Positions 9,870-19,084 of a stretch of 64,000 nucleotides of DNA are shown here, in pieces (the first letter of the stretch is position 1; every line of letters starts with the position of its first letter). A program made the position numbers and the translations under genes. The stretch is from a virus. The notes beneath the pieces were generated by a model, which saw only the letters and a list, made by a program, of their open reading frames with translations, had not been told where the DNA came from and did no database searches. The DNA lies in the IMG/VR virus record IMGVR_UViG_3300048032_000927, positions 51,246 to 115,245 of that record. One strand, written 5' to 3'.

Positions 9870-10781
9870 ATGCGTAAAATAAAATCTCTAGTTACTGGTG
9901 GGGCTGGCTTCATAGGCAGTCATCTTGTTGAACGCCTGCTCAAAGCAGGGCACGAAGTCGTAGTGGTTGACGATGAGTCTTCTACTGCTAATTCAAATTT
10001 TAACTGGAGAGACGATACCGAGAATCATAAAGTTGACATTTGTGATTTCGATAAACTTGAACCTTTATTTAAAGGAGTAGATTTAGTTTTTCATTTAGCT
10101 GCAAGATCAAGAATACAGATTTGCGTCCAAGACCCTTCTGACGCAGTTAAAAATAATTCTCTCGGGACCGTTAATGTTTTGCAGTCTGCGAGATTAAACA
10201 AATGCAAGCGAGTAATGTTCGCAGGAACCTCCTCTTGCTATGGTTTAGCGAATCCTATTCCATTAACAGAGGATATGCCAAATGATTGTTTAAATCCATA
10301 TTCAGTCAGTAAAGCTAATTGTGAAGAATTATGCAAAATGTATACAAAGCTTTTTGGGCTTGAAACTGTACTCTTTAGATTTTTTAATGTTTATGGCGAG
10401 CGCCAACCCTTAAGCGGAGACTACGCTCCTGTTGTTGGTTTATTCTTTAGGCAAAAAGAAGCTGGCGAATCGATGACTGTAGTTGGAGACGGCCTTCAAA
10501 CTAGAGATTACACATATGTAAAAGATATAGCTGAAGCGATGTATCTGGCGGGCGAGTCTAAAAATAAAGAAATCATCGGAGAGCTTTTTAATCTAGGTAC
10601 AGGCAGAAATCATTCTGTGTTAGATATAGTTAAACTAGTGGAAGGCGAATATATACACATAGATGCAAGGCCGGGTGAAGCGCGAGAAACCTTAGCTGAT
10701 AATACAAAGGCAAAGGCTATGCTTAATTGGAGCCCTACTCAGATATTTGAAGATTGGGTAAAAAATAACAGGCCTCAATGA
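9870..10781 (+). CDS. NAD-dependent epimerase (UDP-hexose/HexNAc 4-epimerase-like)
   Basis: TGGAGFIG, YSVSK, FFNVYG, GDGLQTRD. Confidence 0.9.
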   Translation: MRKIKSLVTGGAGFIGSHLVERLLKAGHEVVVVDDESSTANSNFNWRDDTENHKVDICDFDKLEPLFKGVDLVFHLAARSRIQICVQDPSDAVKNNSLGTVNVLQSARLNKCKRVMFAGTSSCYGLANPIPLTEDMPNDCLNPYSVSKANCEELCKMYTKLFGLETVLFRFFNVYGERQPLSGDYAPVVGLFFRQKEAGESMTVVGDGLQTRDYTYVKDIAEAMYLAGESKNKEIIGELFNLGTGRNHSVLDIVKLVEGEYIHIDARPGEARETLADNTKAKAMLNWSPTQIFEDWVKNNRPQ

Positions 10782-11608
10782 AAATCGGCGTAATCGGTAA
10801 CGGGTTTGTTGGTTCCGCAATTGCGAACGGATTCATTAATTATGACACAAAAGTCTTTGACAAGAATCCGGACATCTCAAAAAACTCGCTAGAAGAAGTA
10901 TTATCTCAGGATTTTGTTTTCGTTTCTGTGCCGACTCCAATGAAGGATGCTATGGGTGCAGATTGCAATCTTTCAATAATAGAGTCTTGCTTTAATGAGG
11001 TAGAATCCTTGGGTTCAAACGCTGTTTTTATCATCAAATCTACTGTTCCAATAGGTACGACCAAATCCTTGCAGCGTAAACATAAAAACTTAAAGATAAT
11101 ACATTCGCCTGAATTCCTAACTGCTAAATTTGCTAAAGAAGATTTCATTAATGCTGATAGGCATATCATTGGATATACAAACAAGAAATCAATCGGCGAA
11201 AAAGCGATTAAACTTTTCAACAAAGCATTCCCAAATATACAAACAGTATTAATGAAAAGCGATGAATCTGAATCTGTTAAATATATTGCGAATTGTTTCT
11301 TTGCCACCAAGGTTAGTTTTTTTAATGAAGTATATTGTTTAATCGAAAAGCTTGGCCTTGACTGGCATTCAATTATTAACGGAGTTATCAGCGACAAAAG
11401 AATAGGTCAATCGCACTTTCAAGTTCCTGGCCATGATGGAGACAAGGGTTTCGGCGGAACTTGTTTCCCCAAGGATATCAATGCCTTAATTAAAACTTTT
11501 GAAAAAAATGGATTAGACCCTAAATTATTAACGGCGGCTTGGGATGTAAACCTCAATGTAAGAAGTGACTTAGATTGGGCTAGATCAGAATCTGCGGTCA
11601 AAAAATAG
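10778..11608 (+). CDS. UDP-glucose/GDP-mannose dehydrogenase family, short form
   Basis: GNGFVG, VPTP, KSTVP, PEFL, GFGGTCFPKD; ends before the usual C-terminal domain. Confidence 0.85.
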   Translation: MKIGVIGNGFVGSAIANGFINYDTKVFDKNPDISKNSLEEVLSQDFVFVSVPTPMKDAMGADCNLSIIESCFNEVESLGSNAVFIIKSTVPIGTTKSLQRKHKNLKIIHSPEFLTAKFAKEDFINADRHIIGYTNKKSIGEKAIKLFNKAFPNIQTVLMKSDESESVKYIANCFFATKVSFFNEVYCLIEKLGLDWHSIINGVISDKRIGQSHFQVPGHDGDKGFGGTCFPKDINALIKTFEKNGLDPKLLTAAWDVNLNVRSDLDWARSESAVKK

Positions 11609-11636
11609 ATTGTTAATAACTCAGCAAGGATTGTTC

Positions 11637-11665
11637 TTGCAATACACAATTTTCTATGTTATCAT
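11637..11665 (+). promoter_or_regulatory. Sigma70-type promoter upstream of nrdA
   Basis: TTGCAA-N17-TATCAT with TGn extension. Confidence 0.5.
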
Positions 11666-11713
11666 AGGAAAATCAGTCAAATATTTATTTTTTTTGAAAT
11701 CCCAAATACCCCT

Positions 11714-11722
11714 GTGTAAAAT
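11714..11722 (+). promoter_or_regulatory. Class II motif
   Basis: GTGTAAAAT, 15 nt before nrdA ATG. Confidence 0.6.
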
Positions 11723-11728
11723 AGCTTC

Positions 11729-14203
11729 ATGGACATAAAAGTTAAGAAAAGAAATGGTCGCCTAGAAAACTTCGAAGTAGATAAAATCAACGCAAGCGCC
11801 CAAAGAGCATGCGAAGAAATAGAGGACGTTTCAGCGAGTGAAATAGTTCTCGACGCCCAACTTCAACTATTCGATAAAATTACCACAAAAGAGATAGATC
11901 AAGCTCTTATTTTGTCGGCCAGAGAGAAAATCGAAAAAGAACCAAACTATTCTTTCGCTGCAGCAAGGCTTTTATTGAATTGTCTATACAAGGAGGTTTT
12001 CAAAGAAGGCGTTGATTCTGACGCATTCAGACTACAATACAGAAAAAGCTTTATACAAAACATTAAAAAACTAGTTAAACAAAATAGACTAGATAAAAGA
12101 CTACTAGATTTTGATTTAAATAAATTATCAGAAGCAATAAAAATCAGGAGAGATAAAGATTTCAAATACTTAGGTATACAAATATTATTTGATAGATATC
12201 TCCTTAGATCTGAAGATAAAATCATGGAAACTCCTCAGGCTTTCTGGATGAGGGTTGCGATGGGATTATCTATTAATGAAGAAAATAAAGAAGAAAAAGC
12301 TATAGAGTTCTACAATCTCTTTAGTCAGTTCTTATACACTCCCTCTACCCCTACCCTTTTTAACAGTGGAACTACTCACTCACAGCTTAGTTCTTGCTAC
12401 CTTAATACTTTTGATGATAGTATTGACGGCATTTTTGACGGCGCTTGGCAAGAAGCTCGAAAATCAAAGTACGCCGGTGGCCTTGGCCTTGATGTTACCC
12501 CTTTTCGTTCTACAGGTTCTCATATTCAAGGAACTAACGGTATATCTAGCGGCTTGGTGCCTTGGCTTAAAATATACAACGATTTACTGGTAGCAGTTAA
12601 TCAGGGCGGGAAGAGGCCCGGAGCAGGGTGCGCTTACTTAGAGCCTTGGCATTTAGACTTTGAAGATTTCTTGAACTTACGCAGAAATACCGGAGACGAT
12701 AGGTTGCGCTGTCATGATATGAATACAGCCGCTTGGATTCCTGACGAGTTCATGCGTCGCGTTGAGAGTGAAGATGTCTGGTACTTTTTTGACCCAAAAG
12801 ATACCGAAAATGAAGATGGAAAAAATCTTCACGATCTTTTTGGCAAAGATTTCGACGATCACTACAATAAAATGTGTGATGCAGCAGAAGAAGGTTTGAT
12901 TAAGAACTATAGGATAATACCTGCAAAAGAATTATGGAAAAAGATGTTGAAAGTATTATTCGAAACCTCTCACCCTTGGAACACATTCAAAGATCCTTGT
13001 AACATAAGGTATACAAATCAACATGAAGGTACTGTTCATAGCTCTAACCTTTGTACTGAAATCACGCTTCATACCAAAGCATCTAAGTATGAAGAAGGAG
13101 AAAAAACAGAAATTGGAGAAACGGCAGTATGTAATTTAGGTTCAATTAATTTATTTAATCATTTAATTCAAAAGCAAGCTCATGGAGGGTCAGGATGGGC
13201 TATTGATTATGACAAACTAAAGTCTACTATTCATACAGCTATAAGGATACTCGATAATGTAATAGATATAAACTTTTACCCAACCAAAGAGGCTGCTAAT
13301 TCAAATCTGCGCAACAGACCTATTGGCTTAGGCATGATGGGCACACATGATGTTTGCCACAAGTTAAACATAAATATAGATAGCGAAGAAGCGGTTAAAT
13401 TTAGCAATAAGTTGTTTGAGTTTTATTCTCATCATGCTATTTACGCAAGTTCTATACTAGCTAAAGAAAAAGGAAAATACGAAACCTATGAAGGTTCTTT
13501 ATGGAGTCAAAATATACTACCCATCGACTCTTATAACAATTTAACTTCATACCGAGATAAAACAAGGCAATTCTCCACAGGCAAAGGTGAGTCATTGGAA
13601 TCTTGGGCTAAAGTTCGCGAGCACATTAAAGAGTTTGGCATGAGAAACTCTAATGTTATGGCTATTGCTCCCACCGCAACTATTGGTTACATTAACGGAG
13701 TAGAGCAAAGTATTGAGCCAAACTTTTCAGTGCTATTTGTTTACGAAAATAAAAGTGGAAACTTTTACATAACAAATCAACATTTCGTAAATGACATGAA
13801 AGAAAGAGGGTTATGGTCTTCAGAAATTGCGGCTATGGTCAAAGGTGCAGATGGAGATCTTTCTTTACTAAACGGCGCTATACCAGAAGATTTGAAGCAA
13901 AAGTACTGCACCGCTTTTGATAGAGATATGTTAAAACTTGTTGATTGTAATGCGGCTCGGCAAAAATGGGTTGACCAAGCAATAAGCTTCAATTTATACA
14001 ATAAAACGACATCCCTGAAATATTTGAATGATATTTACATATCTTGCTGGAAAGCTGGGCTAAAAACTACTTACTATTTAAGAAATAGAGCGGCGAGTAA
14101 AATTGAAAAATCTACAGGATCAGAAACTTCAGAAACCGCAGAACAATCAGCTTGCAGCATAGAGGCAATGAAAAATGGGGGAACTTGCGAAAGTTGTCAG
14201 TAA
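11729..14203 (+). CDS. nrdA: Ribonucleotide reductase class I alpha subunit with ATP cone
   Basis: VKKRNG ATP cone, SSCY, SNLCTEI, VCNLGS, TTYYLR, C-terminal CESC. Confidence 0.97.
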   Translation: MDIKVKKRNGRLENFEVDKINASAQRACEEIEDVSASEIVLDAQLQLFDKITTKEIDQALILSAREKIEKEPNYSFAAARLLLNCLYKEVFKEGVDSDAFRLQYRKSFIQNIKKLVKQNRLDKRLLDFDLNKLSEAIKIRRDKDFKYLGIQILFDRYLLRSEDKIMETPQAFWMRVAMGLSINEENKEEKAIEFYNLFSQFLYTPSTPTLFNSGTTHSQLSSCYLNTFDDSIDGIFDGAWQEARKSKYAGGLGLDVTPFRSTGSHIQGTNGISSGLVPWLKIYNDLLVAVNQGGKRPGAGCAYLEPWHLDFEDFLNLRRNTGDDRLRCHDMNTAAWIPDEFMRRVESEDVWYFFDPKDTENEDGKNLHDLFGKDFDDHYNKMCDAAEEGLIKNYRIIPAKELWKKMLKVLFETSHPWNTFKDPCNIRYTNQHEGTVHSSNLCTEITLHTKASKYEEGEKTEIGETAVCNLGSINLFNHLIQKQAHGGSGWAIDYDKLKSTIHTAIRILDNVIDINFYPTKEAANSNLRNRPIGLGMMGTHDVCHKLNINIDSEEAVKFSNKLFEFYSHHAIYASSILAKEKGKYETYEGSLWSQNILPIDSYNNLTSYRDKTRQFSTGKGESLESWAKVREHIKEFGMRNSNVMAIAPTATIGYINGVEQSIEPNFSVLFVYENKSGNFYITNQHFVNDMKERGLWSSEIAAMVKGADGDLSLLNGAIPEDLKQKYCTAFDRDMLKLVDCNAARQKWVDQAISFNLYNKTTSLKYLNDIYISCWKAGLKTTYYLRNRAASKIEKSTGSETSETAEQSACSIEAMKNGGTCESCQ

Positions 14204-14606
14204 ATATTCGGCGGGGGTAGCTATACTCTATGGCTCGTCTATCTTGTTGGCAAAAAGATGCGAGTTCTGCAATATTACAGGCAAAAAAGTATCATTCCCA
14301 GGCTACTGGTCTATATTTGCGGGGGCAATGGATAAAGGAGAATCCCCTACTGAATGCGCATCTAGAGAGCTTTTTGAAGAGACTAAAATATCAGTAAACC
14401 CAAATGATCTTAATTTTCTCTCAACGAAGGAAAATTCTCATGGACTACTACATATTTACTCTTTTGATACAGATCAATTACTTATACCTGAATTAAATTT
14501 TGAGCATACTCAATTCGGTTGGTTTAATATAAATGAATTAGATTCTTTTACTGACAAAATAGACATAGAACTAATGCAGCTAATAATAGATAACAAATAT
14601 AAATAA
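14175..14606 (+). CDS. NUDIX hydrolase
   Basis: Nudix box GAMDKGESPTECASRELFEET. Confidence 0.85.
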   Translation: MGELAKVVSKYSAGVAILYGSSILLAKRCEFCNITGKKVSFPGYWSIFAGAMDKGESPTECASRELFEETKISVNPNDLNFLSTKENSHGLLHIYSFDTDQLLIPELNFEHTQFGWFNINELDSFTDKIDIELMQLIIDNKYK

Positions 14607-14614
14607 TTTTTTTT

Positions 14615-14623
14615 GTGTAATCT
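14615..14623 (+). promoter_or_regulatory. Class II motif
   Basis: GTGTAATCT, 15 nt before GTG 14630. Confidence 0.6.
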
Positions 14624-14629
14624 ATAGGC

Positions 14630-14944
14630 GTGAACCTCATTATAGAAGCGCCTCTCTGCGAACCGCCTAGCGAAATTTCTTCGTTTAGAGATATCACACT
14701 GTACGGAAAAACCTTTGTTTTTGAAGATATTGTTCTTCTTTGTCAAAAAGGTACTCGTTCTTTTTACTGGAATTGGTTAAAAGCTCACGGTGCGCATGAC
14801 TTCGTTTCCTACTTAGCTTCAGATCATGAGACAATAGAAGGATTACTAATGCACAGTGAGAGAGGAGACTTTGTGGTAGATAGAATAAATACTGTTAACC
14901 TAAACAAAATAATATGTTTTTTTGAAAAATTAAGATTGCTATGA
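14630..14944 (+). CDS. Hypothetical protein
   Basis: 104-aa ORF with promoter motif; stop overlaps next start. Confidence 0.6.
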   Translation: MNLIIEAPLCEPPSEISSFRDITLYGKTFVFEDIVLLCQKGTRSFYWNWLKAHGAHDFVSYLASDHETIEGLLMHSERGDFVVDRINTVNLNKIICFFEKLRLL

Positions 14945-15216
14945 ATATAAAAGTTTTATTTACTGTCGTGATGTGTTTATTTGTTGGTAATTGTGCTACT
15001 CAAAAACACGTAAATCAATCCTCTTATCATGGTTTATCCGCTGCGGCAAAACCAACCGCTTCATTAAAAGACTCAACGCCTCAATCTAGTATTGAAATAA
15101 ATACAGAAGCTCCACTTCATGCGATAAGCTGGATAGTTGGTGGAATATTTTTATTCTGCTTGACTAATGGAGTAAGTATTTACCTTTATTCTAGGTATAA
15201 AAAAAATAAAAACTGA
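14941..15216 (+). CDS. Small membrane protein: lipoprotein-like signal plus C-terminal TM helix
   Basis: MNIKVLFTVVMCLFVGNC...; AISWIVGGIFLFCLTNGVSIYLY followed by basic tail. Confidence 0.6.
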   Translation: MNIKVLFTVVMCLFVGNCATQKHVNQSSYHGLSAAAKPTASLKDSTPQSSIEINTEAPLHAISWIVGGIFLFCLTNGVSIYLYSRYKKNKN

Positions 15217-15218
15217 TC

Positions 15219-15247
15219 TTGACTTTGGTTTAGTTTCGTAGTATTAT
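15219..15247 (+). promoter_or_regulatory. Class I sigma70 promoter, leaderless nrdB
   Basis: TTGACT-N17-TATTAT; ATG 7 nt after the -10 hexamer. Confidence 0.7.
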
Positions 15248-15253
15248 ACTACT

Positions 15254-16267
15254 ATGTCAGATAAAAATGGTCAACTTCTATCTCAAAATATCGCCGGTGT
15301 AAATCGAATCTTGCCTCATAAGCATAAGTATGCATGGGATCTATTCCTAAAAAGTTGTGCAAACAATTGGATGCCTACAGAGATTTCTATGCAAAACGAT
15401 ATTAATCAATGGAAAAATAATGAAATCACAGAAGACGAAAAACTCTTGGTCAAGCGTTGTTTGGGCTTTTTTGCTGGAAGCGAGTCTCTCGTTGGTAATA
15501 ACTTGCTTCTTTCTGCTTTTAGATATATTACTGACGCTGAATGCCGCCAATATATTTTGCGCCAAGCATTTGAAGAGAGTCTTCACAATCTTACGATAGT
15601 ATACGTTTGTGATAGCTTAGATCTGGATATTGATGAAGTTTTTACTGCTTACGAAACTATCCCTAGTATCAAAGCTAAAGATGACTTTCTTATGGGTATA
15701 ACTGATGATCTTAGCCGCCAAGATTTCGATCCCACAACGACACAAGGGAAGCAAGAAATACTTAGGAATTTCTTAACTTATTGGATTGTCTGCGAGGGTA
15801 CATTCTTTTTTAGCGGTTTCGCTATGCTTCTTGCTTTAGGCAGGCAAAACAAGCTTCAAGGTATTTCTGATCAAATTAAATATACATTAAGAGATGAAAG
15901 TTCCCATATTGCCTTTGGAACTTATTTAATTAATACATTGATCGAGCAAAATCCAGAAATCTGGACAGAAGAAATACAAAATGAATTTATCGAGCATATG
16001 AAAAAAGCCGTAGAGCTAGAGATAGCATATGCGAAAGATGTATTACCAACAGGTATATTAGGATTAAATTCGGAGATGTTTGTTGATTATATGTATTATA
16101 TTGGCAACAGAAGGCTTGAGGCTATTGGTTTAGATTACAGGTTTCCTAGTGATAAAAATCCGTTTCCTTGGCTGGGAGAAGTAGTTGACGTTCAGGCTAT
16201 GGGCAACTTTTTTGAAAGAAGAGTTAGGGAATACCAACAAAGCGGATCTTTAGAAGACGATTTCTGA
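15254..16267 (+). CDS. nrdB: Ribonucleotide reductase beta subunit, class Ic-like
   Basis: W.PTE, GSESLVGNN (Glu first ligand), EESLHNLTI (Ile at the radical-Tyr position), EGTFF, DESSH, FFERRVREY. Confidence 0.93.
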   Translation: MSDKNGQLLSQNIAGVNRILPHKHKYAWDLFLKSCANNWMPTEISMQNDINQWKNNEITEDEKLLVKRCLGFFAGSESLVGNNLLLSAFRYITDAECRQYILRQAFEESLHNLTIVYVCDSLDLDIDEVFTAYETIPSIKAKDDFLMGITDDLSRQDFDPTTTQGKQEILRNFLTYWIVCEGTFFFSGFAMLLALGRQNKLQGISDQIKYTLRDESSHIAFGTYLINTLIEQNPEIWTEEIQNEFIEHMKKAVELEIAYAKDVLPTGILGLNSEMFVDYMYYIGNRRLEAIGLDYRFPSDKNPFPWLGEVVDVQAMGNFFERRVREYQQSGSLEDDF

Positions 16268-16273
16268 TCTTTA

Positions 16274-16282
16274 GTGTAATAT
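16274..16282 (+). promoter_or_regulatory. Class II motif
   Basis: GTGTAATAT, 16 nt before GTG 16290. Confidence 0.6.
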
Positions 16283-16289
16283 ATACGTA

Positions 16290-19052
16290 GTGAGTTGTCC
16301 TCGTATATATACATTATCTAGCATTAGTGGAGAAAGTGGAATTCTCTATAATGTCTCAGGATCTGGACTAAATTACGAAACCGGATTTTTTAATACAATC
16401 AGTGGTTCAGAAATTTCAGGCGAATATATTTACACTCCTGAATTAAGAAATACAAACTTTGTATCAGAAACAGGTGTTTTCACAGATTTGCAGGCTGGAA
16501 ACATAACAGGTAATACAGGTTATTTTGATAGAGCTTACATAGACTATATACATAGCCATACAATATCTAACTCGTATAATATATCTTCTCCCCATTTGTC
16601 GGCCACAAATATTGGCAATACAAATCTTTCTTCTCATAATATTTCGTTATATGATAAAATTTCACTACTTAAATGCGATAAAGCATATCAAGTAAACTAC
16701 CAAAGGCCAGAAGTTACCTGCGAAACTGATTTTTTTTATTCGGGTTGGCGCAACTCAATCGAGGGAGGTAATAATGATTACCTAGGCAATTCATTAGATT
16801 TAAACGATGCAGGAGATTTTTTAGTTATAGGTGGAAATAGATACAACAGTAACGATGGCCTTATAAGAACATATTATTGGGACGGAGGCTCTTGGAATCA
16901 ATCTGGAATAGATATAGTTGGTTCAAGTGCAGAAAGCTTGGGTCACGTTGTTTCATTAAATTCAGATGGAGATATTTTGGTCTCAGCAGGTAATACAGCA
17001 AACTCAAATTCAGGAATTGTTTATGCTTATGATTGGATTGCTAATTCTTGGTCTCAAAGAATTAACCCTATTAGTGGTCAATCAATTGAAGAGTTCGGAT
17101 CTTCTTTGTCTCTAAATGCGGATGGTGATTATATTGTAGTTGGGGCTCCTTTAGCTAACGATAATTCAGGAATCGTGCGCGTTTACAACTGGGATAGCAG
17201 CGAATGGACCCAAATCGGAGATGACATTAGTGGCGTGTTAGACAATGAATCTTTGGGTTATTCTGTAGATATCAATTCAGATGGGAAAATTATATGCGCA
17301 GGAGGTCCTGGAGCAAATACAGACGAAGGAATAACTAGAGCATATCACTACAAAGGAGTTGCAGCGAGCGGCATACTTGATGGACTTCTTTTTACAGCGC
17401 TTGAAGATTCTATTAACTTTAACGGATTATCTATTTCTCTTTCTCAAATTGCTGGTGGTGCATCTTCACCAAATCCACCAACACCCGCCACAGTAGTTTT
17501 TGATTCACCCTCTAGCAGTATCTTAATATCTGGAGATATTAATAACGGTTCCGTAACTTACTCTGGTTTACTTGATGATATTACTGTTGGTTCAAATTTA
17601 ACTGAATTAAATAATGCTGGATTTAGCGCTTCTATTCTTGATGGTTTTGACGAAAATCCAATTAGTACTGCAGGGCCTATCATAACACAAGGCGGTCAAG
17701 ATCCCTCTTGGGATATCGTTGGTAAAACTATTAGTGGTGATGCAAACGAAAAATTAGGATATCAAGTATCTTTACATAAAAACGCTTCATACATTATGAC
17801 AAAAGGTATTGGAGGTAACGGAGGTAATGGCACAATTAAACAATATCAATTACATGGATCTTATAATAATTTTTCGGATACTCGCTACTGGACTCATTTA
17901 AATCAAGACGTAGAAGGGAAAACCTTTGATGTTAATGATTCTTTTTCTATATTGGCTGTCGGAATTGACTCTGAAGACTCCAACACCGGAGTCTGTAAAA
18001 TTTATGGCAAACAAGATAATGCTTGGGAGCAAATAGGTGAAGATTTAAATGGGCAATCCTTGAATGAAAGTTTCGGATATTCAGTCGCTTTAAATAGCGA
18101 TGGCGAAGTTCTTTGTATTGCTGGAAGTGAGTACGGATTAAATCAGGGGATAATTCGTCAATATAACTTTGACTATCGAGCAGACATACGGCTAAATTCC
18201 ACAAGAGTTACTGCTGATAATTTAAATTTAGAATATTATGAATTACCTACCTCAGACCCTCTTGTTCGAGGTGATGTCTGGAGAGATGAAAACGATTTCT
18301 TAAAAATCAGTCCAGGCTGGACTCCTGCTATTTTAAACACTATTGCATGGTATGACGCTGCGGATACATTTAGAATCACATCTACTAATAACACAATTAG
18401 TCAAGTTAACGATAAATCGGGTAATAATATAAACTTAACGGTTATTACTGCTGGCACAACTGGACCCAAAACTTCGACAAGAGTATTGAATAATTTAAAT
18501 GTGATAGAATGGTGCGAGCCTCGGCAATTACTAGAGAATAACATATTCTCTCACGATCAAGCGAATAGTGCTCTTTGTATAGCGATTGTTTTTAAGGCTG
18601 ATTTTAATAATTCGCAAGATTTTATTTTTGCCGGCACAGATAGCACTTCCGCAGGAAATCGCATGGCTATTCGCAGGCTCCACACAAACGATAGCGTTCA
18701 AATATTAGGCGGGAGTGGTACAGGTTCTAATATAGCGATTGGTTCCGGAAACGATACTGTCGTGGAAGGTCAAGATTATATAGTGGTTGTTAAACTTAAT
18801 TCCTCAAACTCCACTATCAGATTAAACGGACAGCTTAAAAAAACTGGAGATATAGGTACAAATCAAATAACATCTATAAATATGGGTGGGAACGCAATAG
18901 GATCTCAAAATATAAACGGCTACATAGCTGAATTTATAGCCTTTCTAGATACTGATCAACAAGAAAAAATCGAAGGTTATTTAGCTCACAAATGGAGCCT
19001 TGCTTCAAATTTGCCCGGAAATCATCCGTATAAAACATATTGGCCATTTTAA
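16290..19052 (+). CDS. Putative virion/receptor-binding protein: SG/TG-rich N-terminus, FG-GAP-like propeller repeats, LamG-like C-terminus
   Basis: Repeats E.(L/F)G.SV.LNSDG; LPTSDP fibre motif; WYDAAD...DKSGN...GYIAE...IEGYLAHKW. Confidence 0.7.
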   Translation: MSCPRIYTLSSISGESGILYNVSGSGLNYETGFFNTISGSEISGEYIYTPELRNTNFVSETGVFTDLQAGNITGNTGYFDRAYIDYIHSHTISNSYNISSPHLSATNIGNTNLSSHNISLYDKISLLKCDKAYQVNYQRPEVTCETDFFYSGWRNSIEGGNNDYLGNSLDLNDAGDFLVIGGNRYNSNDGLIRTYYWDGGSWNQSGIDIVGSSAESLGHVVSLNSDGDILVSAGNTANSNSGIVYAYDWIANSWSQRINPISGQSIEEFGSSLSLNADGDYIVVGAPLANDNSGIVRVYNWDSSEWTQIGDDISGVLDNESLGYSVDINSDGKIICAGGPGANTDEGITRAYHYKGVAASGILDGLLFTALEDSINFNGLSISLSQIAGGASSPNPPTPATVVFDSPSSSILISGDINNGSVTYSGLLDDITVGSNLTELNNAGFSASILDGFDENPISTAGPIITQGGQDPSWDIVGKTISGDANEKLGYQVSLHKNASYIMTKGIGGNGGNGTIKQYQLHGSYNNFSDTRYWTHLNQDVEGKTFDVNDSFSILAVGIDSEDSNTGVCKIYGKQDNAWEQIGEDLNGQSLNESFGYSVALNSDGEVLCIAGSEYGLNQGIIRQYNFDYRADIRLNSTRVTADNLNLEYYELPTSDPLVRGDVWRDENDFLKISPGWTPAILNTIAWYDAADTFRITSTNNTISQVNDKSGNNINLTVITAGTTGPKTSTRVLNNLNVIEWCEPRQLLENNIFSHDQANSALCIAIVFKADFNNSQDFIFAGTDSTSAGNRMAIRRLHTNDSVQILGGSGTGSNIAIGSGNDTVVEGQDYIVVVKLNSSNSTIRLNGQLKKTGDIGTNQITSINMGGNAIGSQNINGYIAEFIAFLDTDQQEKIEGYLAHKWSLASNLPGNHPYKTYWPF

Positions 19053-19084
19053 AATAGGCGTTTTTTCTTTATAATAAGTTTATA

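Noticed and set aside
11640-11720. NrdR boxes upstream of nrdA
   Set aside because: Only weak partial matches to the palindromic consensus
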